From: Anthoceros angustus
Lineage: Eukaryota > Plantae > Anthocerotophyta
DNA length: 64,000 nt
Reading direction: 5' to 3'
Assembly: GCA_010909165.1 (NCBI GenBank)
Contig: MU008164.1
Coordinates: 744,001-808,000 of the forward strand
The notes beneath the pieces are model-generated. The model was not told the origin of the DNA. It made no database searches and saw only the letters and a list, made by a program, of their open reading frames with translations. This document shows, piece after piece, positions 25,190-36,308 of this stretch. A program made the position numbers and the translations under genes. Every line of letters begins with the position of its first letter. Positions within the stretch are counted from its first letter, which is position 1.

Positions 25190-26153
25190 GGTACTTGAGT
25201 GGTACATAGCATTGGAATTTGGTGTATCAACAAGAGCATCAGCAGGAAGTCCGAGTGGTAGGATATTGTGATTCAGACTGGGCAAGAGATGTTGATAGTC
25301 GCAAGTCTATGATTGGATATGTGTTTATGCTGAATGAGGGAGCCATTTCTTGGAATAGTAGGAGACAACCTACTATGGCTCTATTCTCTACACAAGCAGA
25401 ATATATGGCAACATGCTCTACAGTAATGGAGGCGATATGGCTGCGTAACTTGCTAGAAGAGATTAGATTCAAGCAAAAGGAAGCAACAACAATCTTCAAT
25501 GACAATCAAGGTTGCACCGTCTTAACCAAGAATGTAACTTTTCATGCTAGAACCAAGCATATCGAAGTGAAACATCACTTTGTAAGAGACAAGGTAAAGT
25601 CAAAGGAGGTAAAGCTAGAGTATTGTTCAAACTTCGATATATCACTTTGTAAGAGACAAGGTAAAGTCAAAGAAGGTAAAGCTAGAGTATTGTTCAACAG
25701 GAGACATGCCGGCAAATATTTTTACCAAATACTTGACTTTAGACAAACATGTTAGATTTAGCAAAATGCTAGAACTAAAAGAATAATTTTGATATGTTGA
25801 GTAGAAGTATTAGAAATGACTTATTATAATATATCAAAATATATTATGAAAGTACCCTAAAAATAACAAATTGTATACCTTCTAGAAAGTATCTTCTAGA
25901 AAGCCGAAAAGTAAAGGGCAAGTCAAGTGACCAATAGGATTCAAGGTTAAGTGACCAATAAGATTCAAGGCTAAGACTATAAAAAGCCAAGCCTACTTCC
26001 TTGTGTGCAAGTATTCTTGTGTGCTTTGTTTTCTAGTATAGCGAATATAACTCATATTTTATGGGAGTATTGTGTTTCCTCTCAATAATAATAAAGGCTC
26101 AGCTCTTTTTCTTACATTTCTTCTTTTGCTAACATTTCCCTCTATTCCTAACA
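25190..26153 (+). mobile_element. Older truncated copia A-family copy (RNase H plus degenerate 3' LTR from ~25808)
   Basis: ORF 25219-25755 has GYCDSDW..DSRKS, STQAEY and NDNQG..HARTKHIEVKHHF. The LTR resembles 23258-23629 with many G>A/C>T changes. Confidence 0.9.
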
Positions 26154-26277
26154 TTTCCCGCAGGAGAGGTTTAGGGTGCCTGGAGGGGATCAGCGTCCCT
26201 CGCCTACTCGTATTGTGACGACGTTTCCCTTCTCCAACGCCGAGTGTCCTTGCAAGTGACACATATGTATCGGCGTG

Positions 26278-29200
26278 ATGGAGGTGTGGCTGCCCTTTCT
26301 TCTTTTCAGCCTGCTGTATGTGCATGTCAGTGTCCGCTTTGGAGCAGCATCCCGTCTTCTGCCATTCCATCGGAATCCCACCCACGTTACACAGGTGGGC
26401 CTTGCTTCCCGCTCCTCCTGCTGCACTAGTGCTACAACTAGTTCTGCTCGCCACACCACCATGCAGAGAATCACCAGCAGAGGAGACACCAGCACCCTGA
26501 GCTTTCCCTCCAATGCTACAGAGGTAGCCATTTTGCTTCAATTCCGGCAAAGCATCGTGGAAGACACTTCGAACGCACTCGCGGGCTGGAGAGAGAGCGA
26601 GCCGGGAGCCCCTTGCACGTGGCCAGGCATTACGTGCAAGGATGTCATGCAGACAAGACGAGTGTCCGAGTTGAATTTGACCGGTCCTAAGCCTCAGGGG
26701 CTCCATCCATCCTGCGATTGGGGGTTTGAAGTATTTGGCTGTCCTAGATTTGTCTCTCAACTTCTTCTCCGGCAGCATTCCTGGGGAGCTGGGGCAGTGC
26801 AGCAACCTGCAGGATTTGGACCTCTCCTCCAACCTGTTGACAGGCCCCATCCCACCTGGCTTGGGTGCTCTGTCAAGCCTCGAAGTTCTCAATCTCATGG
26901 ACAATGATCTGTCCGGTGCGATTCCACCTGACGTGTGGAACTGCTCCAGCTTGACCACTCTGCTTATCGGTATCACATCATCTGGTGACAAAAATTCCCG
27001 AACGCAGATCACGGGTAGTATCCCACCGGAGATTGGGAACCTTTATCGTCTGCAGTATCTGGTTCTGGAGAACACCCAGCTCATCGGCTCCATTCCACGG
27101 GAGCTTGGAAACTGCGCCGACCTTGTTGTCCTCTGGCTAAGCCACAACAATCTTGCGGGCTCCATTCCTGGTGAGTTAAGCCAGTGCAGTAACCTGCAGG
27201 TTTTGGACCTCTCCTCCAACCTGTTGACAGGCTCCATTCCTGGTGAGTTAAGCCAGTGCAGTAACCTGCAGGTTTTGGACCTCTCCTCCAACCTGTTGAC
27301 AGGCCCCATCCTACCTGGCCTGGGTGCTCTGTCAAGCCTCAAATACCTCAATCTCATGGAGAACGATCTGTCCGGTGCGATTCCACCTGATGTGTGGAAC
27401 TGCTCCAGCTTGACCACTCTGAGTATCGGTGTCACATCATCTGGTGACGAATACGCCCAAACGCAGATTACGGGTACTATCCCACCGGAGATTGGAAACC
27501 TTTATCGTCTGCAGAATCTGGCTTTGCAGAACACCCAGCTCAACGGCTCCATTCCACGGGAGCTTGCAAACTGCACCAACCTTATTAGCGTCTGGCTAAG
27601 CCACAACAATCTTGCGGGCTCCATTCCTGCCGAGCTGGGAAATCTACAAAAACTGCAGGCACTTGGTCTATTCTACAACATGCTCAGCGGAAGTCTCCCT
27701 GCATCTTTCGGAAACTGTTCCAGCTTGGAGCGTCTTGGCTTGGGAGGAAATGCGAAGCTCGTGGGCCAGATCCCACGAAGCATTGGCCAGTTGAAGCAGC
27801 TTCAAGCTATACAGTGGTACACCGGCTGGTATTTTACCCCTGGATTGAACGTAGTGTTACCCAGCGAAATTGGAAATTGCACAAGCCTTGAGTGGCTGGA
27901 TCTGGGGGGGCATTCGCTGACTGGCCCCATCCCGACATTCCTCTCTCGCCTTTCACGTTTGTCCACCTTGTCACTGAGGGCAAGCCGTTTCACCGACTCC
28001 GGATCCGTCCTGCAGTTCTTCAGCAGATTCACCAACCTAACGTACTTGGAATTCACCAACAGTGGCCTGACAGGCAGCATCCCCGCCAGCATTCTGGGAC
28101 TCGTCAACCTGAAGGAACTCCGTCTGTCAGGGAATAACCTCACGGGCCCTCTGCCAGACTTCAGAGGGAACATGACCGTCACAGGGCAAATGCCTGCATC
28201 TGTGTCACAGCCCCGGAGCCTATCCCACCTGGACCTTAAAAGCAATTTTTTGTCAGGTACGATTCCCTCCTTTCTGGGAGAATTGCCACTGGAGTACTTG
28301 GATCTTGGAACGAACCAGTTCACCGGGAGCATCCCCGACAGCTTTCAGCAGCTTGTTAAGCTGCACACACTTGGTGTAGGGACAAATAGTATGTCAGGAC
28401 AGATCCCGGATGTGTTCATGAACATGACGGAGCTGGTGGAACTCGGCTTGGAGAACAACGGCTTCAACGGCACACTTCCCGCTTCCATTAGCTCTCTCTA
28501 CAAGTTGCAGGTACTACAACTGAATGGAACCAACGTGGAGGGGAGTATTCCTGCGTCATTTGCACGTTTATCACAGCTACAGCTTCTGGAAATCTCGCAT
28601 ACTCGGATGACGGGTATCATACCAAACGACTTGTTTGAAAATATGACATTTCTGCAGAGGCTTGTTCTCAATGACAACCAATTGACAGGTGCACATTTCC
28701 CTTGCACGTACTTTATGATTGCCACACCATATTAATTGTGTATGCAGGCCAGGTAATGACTACCAGCACACTTTCCAGCTTTGTTAGGAGTTCTAACGCA
28801 ACACCTTGTCCTGTCATCGCAATGCCAGGCCCGATTCCAGAGAGCTTTGGGAACGCTATCAGTCTGGTAACCTTGATCTTGCGAGGGAACACATTGAACG
28901 GTTCTATACCAGCCAGTTTGCGCAACTGTACCAGCCTCAGTCTTATCGACCTGCAAGACAACCATTTGTCAGGAAGTATTCCTGAGCTTGGAGAGCTTGT
29001 GGGGCTGCGCGTTTTGAGCCTGGCAAGGAACAACTTCACCGGGAACATTCCCGACTGGTTGGGAAACTTGACCCACCTACAGGCAGTCGTGCTCTCGGAC
29101 AACTCTTTGACCGGAACAATTCCCACAGAGATCTTCAGTGGCCTGACCGGGTTTCAGAACGGGAGTGCACAAAACAATGGACAAGTTACTGTGTATGAAG

Positions 29201-29847
29201 AAGTTCCTATTGATGCTGCTGGTCGAACGCTGAAATTCAAATATATTCTCCAGGCGAACACTGTGCTTGATTTGTCGAATAACGACATCGTGGGCAGTAT
29301 CCCACCAGATTTTGGTGCACTTGTTGGTTTGAGAATACTCAACCTTTCCCACAATAAGCTTGAAGGGCCCATTCCAGGCAGTTTTCGCGAGCTGCAGTCC
29401 ATAGAGTACCTGGATATCAGCTACAACCTGCTGTCTGGTAACATTCCCAGTGATCTTCCAAGTCTGGCTTTCTTGAGTCATTTCAGCGTTGCCGCGAATA
29501 ATCTTTCTGGTCCCATTCCGACTGGAAAGCAATTCGGCACTTGGGATAACTCATCTTATCTCCCAGGAAATCCAGGGCTCTGTGGTGATCCACTGGAACC
29601 TTGCTCAGCTCCTAACCAGCCGCCAGGTGGAGAGGATAGCCCAAGTCCAGTAGATGAATGCGATGAAGCGTGTCCGGTCATTTCAAAGGTAGCCTGTGAG
29701 ATTGGTTTCATCGTAGGTTTCTATGCGACAATCACAGGGATGTTTGCCACAAAACGAATAAGAAATATGATATGCTTCACCGGACGTTACCGACGAGAGC
29801 CTGAACATTACATAGTGAAACATGGTCTCTATATAAGTCCTCAGTGA
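26278..29847 (+). CDS. LRR receptor-like protein (signal peptide, Cys-capped LRRNT, many plant LRRs with island, juxtamembrane Cys pair, TM, short tail, no kinase); one apparent 1-nt frameshift near 26686; intron 28689-28828
   Basis: N-terminus MEVWLPFLLFSLLYVHV and LRRNT W..S..PCTWPGITC. Repeats of LxxLxLxxNxLxGxIP, then GNPGLCG and a hydrophobic IGFIVGFYATITGMF segment. GT..AG splicing joins NQLTG|PIPE in frame. Confidence 0.9.
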
Positions 29848-30024
29848 TGTTGTGATGGGTAAGTGGATGGAGAGCAGAAATTTCCTGTGCTACGCTGAAT
29901 ACGTTTTTCCTTCAATGTACCGAAAAGCTTCGTCTTCGCTGTTTTGAAAAGCCGCTGAAGCTGCTTCCGTTTCTCCCATGCGGGGGGTGCACACACTTGC
30001 ACATGCTGGCAAGAGGCATGTCTA

Positions 30025-30247
30025 TGTTATAGGAAATCAGCCAGGATTGTAGTGTCAAGGATGGAGAAGGTGGGAAAATTGTCAGGAAAGAACTGTAATC
30101 CAAGACAAGGCTGCCGGTGTGCCTTATACTTTATCCGATGATGAAGAGGTATGACTCCTCGTGAAGGGGTGTGTAGGCCTGGCTAACAGGGCTCTTAACA
30201 GTGTGGCTAACAGCATGTATCTGTCTGTTTTAATACTCCCCCTCAGA
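30025..30247 (-). mobile_element. Isolated ~210-bp LTR with polypurine tract (3' end of a truncated LTR element)
   Basis: Minus strand reads CTGAGGGGGAG|TATTAAAAC...TATAACA, the same PPT context as the copia C 3' LTR. No partner LTR was found. Confidence 0.5.
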
Positions 30248-30780
30248 TAGAGAGTGTTAGGGAACAGATATCCTTATGGTAGCCGAGGCATCTATTTAAA
30301 AGCAGTCGTTGTCCTGACCATATAGACGTGAAGCCCTCAAACCTATTGCGTGGTATTGATGCCATCGATACGTCTCCCCCTCGGTCGCAGCATTTTAAGA
30401 GAATGGTCATTTTTCTCCGTCCTCATTGCCGAAGGAGCAAAGTCTTGAACAAAGTCTTGATCAAGCCATAGGCTCTCGGTCTCCGCCACCGCGATGAGGC
30501 CCCTCCCCGACTTCCTGGAGCAGAACCGAGACAAGTCACGCGTACCGAGACAAGTGGAATGAGACGTTCATTTCATACGTGTGGCACAGCCCCTCATTTG
30601 CCAAGGAGTTATGACCACGCAGTGCACCCTCATGGACACTGTACACCAAGATGATCAGGCGTACCGCGACGTGGAATGAAGTCCTTCATGTCATAGGATT
30701 GGCAGAGACCCTCACCTCATCAGTGTCAAGCTCATAGTAAAACTGCCAGCCGGCACACTGACTTGAAACACATCTCATGG

Positions 30781-33460
30781 TCAGTTTTCTTCATTCTCAT
30801 GGTCGACCCTTACAACCGCACGAACCAACTGCGAATCGATGCACGCGGTACCCATCCTTACCAGCAGAGGCGTGCCACTCGGAGTGTTCAAGAGACCAAA
30901 CGCCAGAGCTAGCTTCTCAGCATGGCCGCAAAGCACATCGTTTTTTCCCTTCTCAGACAGTGGCTTCAACACCACCTTTGTTTGCGGTAAGTGGCCTCCT
31001 TCCTCCTTCAGACGTACATTCAATTTCTCTAAGTTGCGTGAAATATCATCCCTGTTTTCTCCTTCCACAAATGTATGTACTTGCTCCTTTGCCTCTATGC
31101 CCGCCACTGCAGGTTTCTTGTTAGCTCCTGCTACCATTCGGCGTGTTTCAATCCTCTCTACATCTGCCCACCTACCTGCATCTGCATAGACATTGGCCAT
31201 GAGCACATACGCAGATGCCCGCTGAGGGTCCACTCTAACAAGACTTTCGAAAGACCGCTTTGCCCTTTCTATATCCCCGTGACTTCTGCAGGCATTTAGC
31301 AACGATGCCAACCCCACGACATCATTCTGGCTCTCGCATGATAATAGCATGTTTTCTGCCTCATCTAAGTGGCCTGCACGCCCAAGAAGATCACCGTGCA
31401 AGTGTAATGCTCAACAGTGGGTTTGATGTCATGCTGTTCAACCATGGCCTCAAAGAGCTGGCAACCCACATTCCCCAGTCCCTCATGACTGCATGCTACT
31501 AAAAGGCAAGAAAAAGTGGTATCATCAGGCTGAACACCAGCAAGTAACACCTCCTCAAAACAAGCTAGTGCGTTGTGACCACCATCACAAGTACCACACA
31601 CAGCTATCAGAGCATTCCATGATACAACGTCCTTTGTAGCCAGACTGTCGAAGACCCTGCGTGCATCTTGCAGTTCACCACATTTGCCATACAGGTCCAC
31701 CAGGGAGCTGCCAACAGCCAAGTTATCTAGCAGTCCTCTTTCCACAATCTGTGAATGCAGCTGCCTGCCCTTCTGTAATGCACCGGCACTTGCACAGGCC
31801 TTTAGAAGGCAAGAAAAAGCCAGAATCATATGTATATACCCAGCAAGCAGGGCCTTCCATGTCACCACATTCTTTGTTGACAAGCTGTGAAAAACCCTGC
31901 GTGCATCTTCCAGTTCACCACATTTGGCATACATGTCCACCACGCAGTTGCCCACCAGTATGACACTTTGTAGCAGTCAGAAGGCAAGTAAAAGTAAGAT
32001 GGTTGGCAAAAATCAGGCCCTCCTGATCCAGTTGTCCATAAAGAAGAAGCGCCTCTTGACAAAGCCCCTGCTGTGCCCTGCTATAAGGGCTGTGCAGGAC
32101 ACCACATCCTTTGTGGCTAAGCTGTCAAAAATCCTGCGTGCTTCTTCTAGTTCACCGCATTTTGCATACATGTCCACAAGGCAGTTGCCCACCAGTATAT
32201 CACTTTGTAGCTGTCCTCCTTCCATAATCTTTGAGTGCAGCTGCCTGCCCTCTTACAATGCGCCAGCAATTGCACAGGCCTTCAAAAGGCAGACAAAAGT
32301 AACACGGTCAGCAAGACTCAGGCCATCTTGCTCCATCTGTCCGTACAGAACAAGTGCCTCCCGACCAAGCCCATGATTTGCACACCCACCGATCAGGAAA
32401 TTCCATGTCACCACATTTTTTTCGACCAAGCTATCAAAGACCCGGCAAGCATCTACCAGTTCCCCACATTTTCCATACATATCCACCAGCCAGCTACCAA
32501 CAAACAAGTTAGGAGGAAAGCCACTGTGCAGCACATCAGAATGCACTTTTCTGCCAGATTCCAAGTCTGCGGCAAATGCACAAGCTTGAAGGGCAGCTAC
32601 AAAGACGTGAGCATCCGCCTTCACACCTCAGCTACGCATCTCATGGTACAGCTGTATGGCCTCATGAGGTGTCCCATGTTTACATGTGCGGAGATAATGG
32701 AGAACCACATGAAGCCATCCGGTTCGCCCACCCTGGTGAACACATCCATGGCCTCTTGTAACATACCCCCACATGCGTACATGCGCAAGTTATGGTTCCT
32801 CAAGTATGTATCAGACGCGTACCCAAGTTTGACAGGGAGATCATGAACTCGTCGCCCCGTAACCAGATCCTTCTTAGCAGCACAGGTTTTCAGCACAACA
32901 TAAAACAGAGACTGAGAAATAGGACAGTCTGTCTGCGCCAGAAATTCCAGTGCAGCAACGGCCTCAGGAAGCTTCCCCTACTGACGTAACCTCCTCACAG
33001 TCAAAGCCGTTGCGCCCAATTCCCGTCCTGCATGCCTGCCAGGCTCAGACTTCTCCGGCAAGCTCGACTTGGAAATAGGGGCACCATGCATCATCTGCAT
33101 ATCCAAAGCAACCAGCTGCTCATCCAACCCAAGCTGGCTTGGAAAAGTTTTGTAACCAGAGGACCTCGCCGGACGTCGGGCAAATGGGGGCTCTTCTTGT
33201 CACGCCTGTTATCCCACCACATGGTAGGGTCCAGAAAAAATTTGTCGCCACAAGAGCTCCTCCTTCCGGCGACCGCCATCGCTGGAAAATCCATCCCTAG
33301 CCGCATATTTCGTCGGAAGTGCTGGCCTCCTTACAGCACCTCCAGTGGCGAGGTGAGCCGAGGATGACCTGCTGCGGCTGCACCATCCCAACCGGCGCGC
33401 CAACAAGCCGAAGATTGGTCTATTCCTCGGTCCATTTGCCATACACGGCTTCGTTGGCAT
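30781..33460 (-). pseudogene. Disrupted PLS-class PPR gene with N-terminal PDF motif and truncated DYW:KP domain
   Basis: Frameshifted pieces: Arg/Ser-rich N-terminus, LLWRQ/FFLDPTMWWDNRRDKKSPHLPDV, repeated LVDMYAKCGELEDARRVF S motifs, E motifs and KKPAVAGIE..VHTF..LCGHAEKLALAFGLLNTP. The CxxC and C-terminus are missing. Confidence 0.85.
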
Positions 33461-36308
33461 CGGTTAGCAAGGTTGAAGGAGGATAGCGTGGAAGCCTACT
33501 TGGCAGAAAGGACGAGGACGGACGAGTTCAACAAGCTTGTTAGGGCGTCGCTGTTCTTGCTCGCATTCTGGAGCCTGCACACACTCAGACCAGGTATGTC
33601 CCGTCATGCATCGCTGGCTGGGTGTGGGTGTGGAGCTGGAGTTCACAAGTGTTTACATTACAGTAAGGGCACGAGGCCAAGACCTCGTGAAAATACATCA
33701 GACAGTGGAGTTTGTTTTGAGGCTCTCCAGTTAAGTTCCAAGGACGCTCCTTCGAGATTCCAAGGCTGCGAAGAATATCGAAGCACATATAATTCCAGGA
33801 CGTGTGCCGGAGCATGTAACAGCACTACAAGTCTAACTAAACCTTCACGGAACCCACTTTACAAGACTTTTACACCGAAAATCGAACCATAGCTGCTCTG
33901 CAACGTCTGGTCGCAGGCACACACAGATACACACACGAAGAGCTTGGCTTACAGTGTTGTCTGGAGGGCTTACAGAGTTGCTTTCATGCATCTTTCTTCT
34001 GGTCTTCTTCATCGTCCCAGGCGTCGATAGTCTGCCAGCTACCAGAGCTCGTTAAAGATCTTCGCTCGTCTGCCAGCAAACAAGGAGACTTCTTAACATT
34101 ACTGTTTCCCGCTACGCGAAGCATGGCTCCAGCAGTGACATGAGGATGCAGGAGGTGGATTGTATACACATGGGAGGAAAATAATGCAGAAATTACCCTG
34201 GTCCCTGCGCACAGACTCGGCAAAGGCATGGTTCTCTTCCTCAACTTCCTCCACCCGATTCAGCAAATTTGACTCCTCTCCCACGTGGCGATGATGTACA
34301 GATCCCCGTGCCAATGACTTGTTAGGAAGCACTTCCTCCTTTGGGACACTTTGCAAGGCAACTTCGCCCTCATCCTTATCCGCAATGTAACCCTCTTCAT
34401 GGAAGGGCACGGCTCTGGATCATGTCAGGGCTCGCCACAATTGCCATCGTAGCTTTCACTTAAGACTCCACATTCAAAGAAAAACTTCAACAGACAGGAT
34501 ACGAGTACCCAACAACTGATGGACTCAAGCCAAAGCCCACAAGGACCTCCGCTACTCCCTTCCATGCTGCAACCAGAGAACACACAAATGGCAAGTTATT
34601 GGAAACTCTTCCTCCGTCGCGCTCACCAAACGCACATACAGCACGAAGCATGCCTTCCTTTCAACAGCCACCACAAAAGTTAAAGTGACAAGCTCTTTGT
34701 ACCGTCCCTGAAGCTCCACACTTTTTCCTTGACTATCGTGATAGTTTCATCCAAAGTTCCTGCACACGTATCACGACCATAACTGTGCAACACCACGCAC
34801 CAGGGCACCATGACTGCATTCCCACAAACTATAACTCAATCGACGGCACAGTGCCTGCGACATTTCTACCGGACGGGGGAGAATACCAGAAGCATAGTCC
34901 GGGCTAACATCATTGTTTCGAGCTTCGCTTTTCGACTGAGGAAAGCTGTACGACCTTCGCCAATCCTGCTCATTCTCCATCATGTCCTGCGGCAGCATGT
35001 GACAGCGGTTTAACCTAAGTGCACCCGAATGGTCTCCCTCACAAACAAGTCATCACAATTTGCCATCAACACTCCCAGAATCCACACCCTAAACAATCAA
35101 GCATCTTGGGGAGCAGAAAGCTGTCCCACTTACAACATCGACGGTCCAGCAAAGCACACGGACAAGAGGCACAGTCACAAGTACCTGTCGATCAACACCA
35201 CCACTGTGAGACCAGTAAGTCTTCGATCTACCTCCCTCGAGAGCTGGTCCAGGCTGGTCCAAGCTCACACCTGCACTCCCAGATCCATTATCTGTTACAA
35301 TACGAGGAGCAGCATCAAGCGAAATCCGTTCTACCGAATTCCAACTCACGGCGGAGCTCGCATTGGTACTTTACCGCACAAAGCAAGCACCACGACCGCG
35401 ACTCGGCAGCATCCCGAGATGGAGCAGCCGGTCTTCGGTCCTCCCCTCAGGACTGTGTGCACGACTGCCGCATTTCTTTCCGGGTCGAAACTCGTTTCAT
35501 ACGCCCCATGATCTTCTCGCCCTGCCGATTCTTTAGACAGTCTGCCGAACCCATCGAGGAATCCATGGCGATGGCGACCATTTCTGCTTGGTGTTGCGCG
35601 GCGTGCTGTGCACGAAGAGGAGGAGAGCAGATGGAAGGGGCGTGGTGGCTATGGCGTCTACGGTCAAGTTGATGGTGGTGCAGGTGTGTTTGCTTGGATA
35701 TGTTCCTTGGCAGTGTGGTTTCCAGATGTTGCTGAAGGGCATGTCACCTTTCGAAGGGCCGAGGAATCCGAAGCTGGAGGGAGATGAGGTTGGATTGTAC
35801 AGTTATTTGCAATCGTGACCATGGAATTCCCGTGCTGGGTCACGTGCTGGATGTGAGTAGATGCCTTCGTTGTGTCAGGGCATTGCTGTTTCGAAGTGCT
35901 TGACATGTGATGGGGCCTGCTTGTTGTGTTGGTGGCAACTGGCGTCACACGGCCTCTTTGATCTGAATTCTCGAGCAAAGGAGGACATTCACATCGATGA
36001 CCACTGCCTCCATGACCTGGTTGTGCTGCAGGTGTGATTGAGGCTTCGTTGAAATCGATTGTAGGCTTTTCATCTCTTCTGGATGAGGCACCCGTCCATA
36101 CCTTCCTCGTAGTGCTTTTCCCTCCACATGACGCTCATTCTCTCATTCAGTTTCAACGTTGTTCGTCTTTAACCCCTGGCCTGAATGATGTGGATTGCAG
36201 GACTTGTCTGGTTGGCCATACCTCGGATATGGAGATGGTATTGCACCCATCTTTGTAGCGTTTTCATGTAATGGGTAGCCTTTGGACCCATAAAGTTCCT
36301 CTCACCTT

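Noticed and set aside
26059-29532. Minus-strand ORFs (up to 317 aa) over the LRR gene
   Set aside because: Antisense shadows of a repetitive LRR coding strand.
30540-30720. Degenerate ~55-bp direct repeat (CGTACCG..GTGGAATGA..TCATA..TGGCA.A..CCCTCA)
   Set aside because: Two diverged copies only; no structure or function can be assigned.
33470-36260. Short ORFs and possible splice sites between the two PPR genes
   Set aside because: No recognisable protein motif or consistent exon chain; a gene cannot be excluded but is not supportable.
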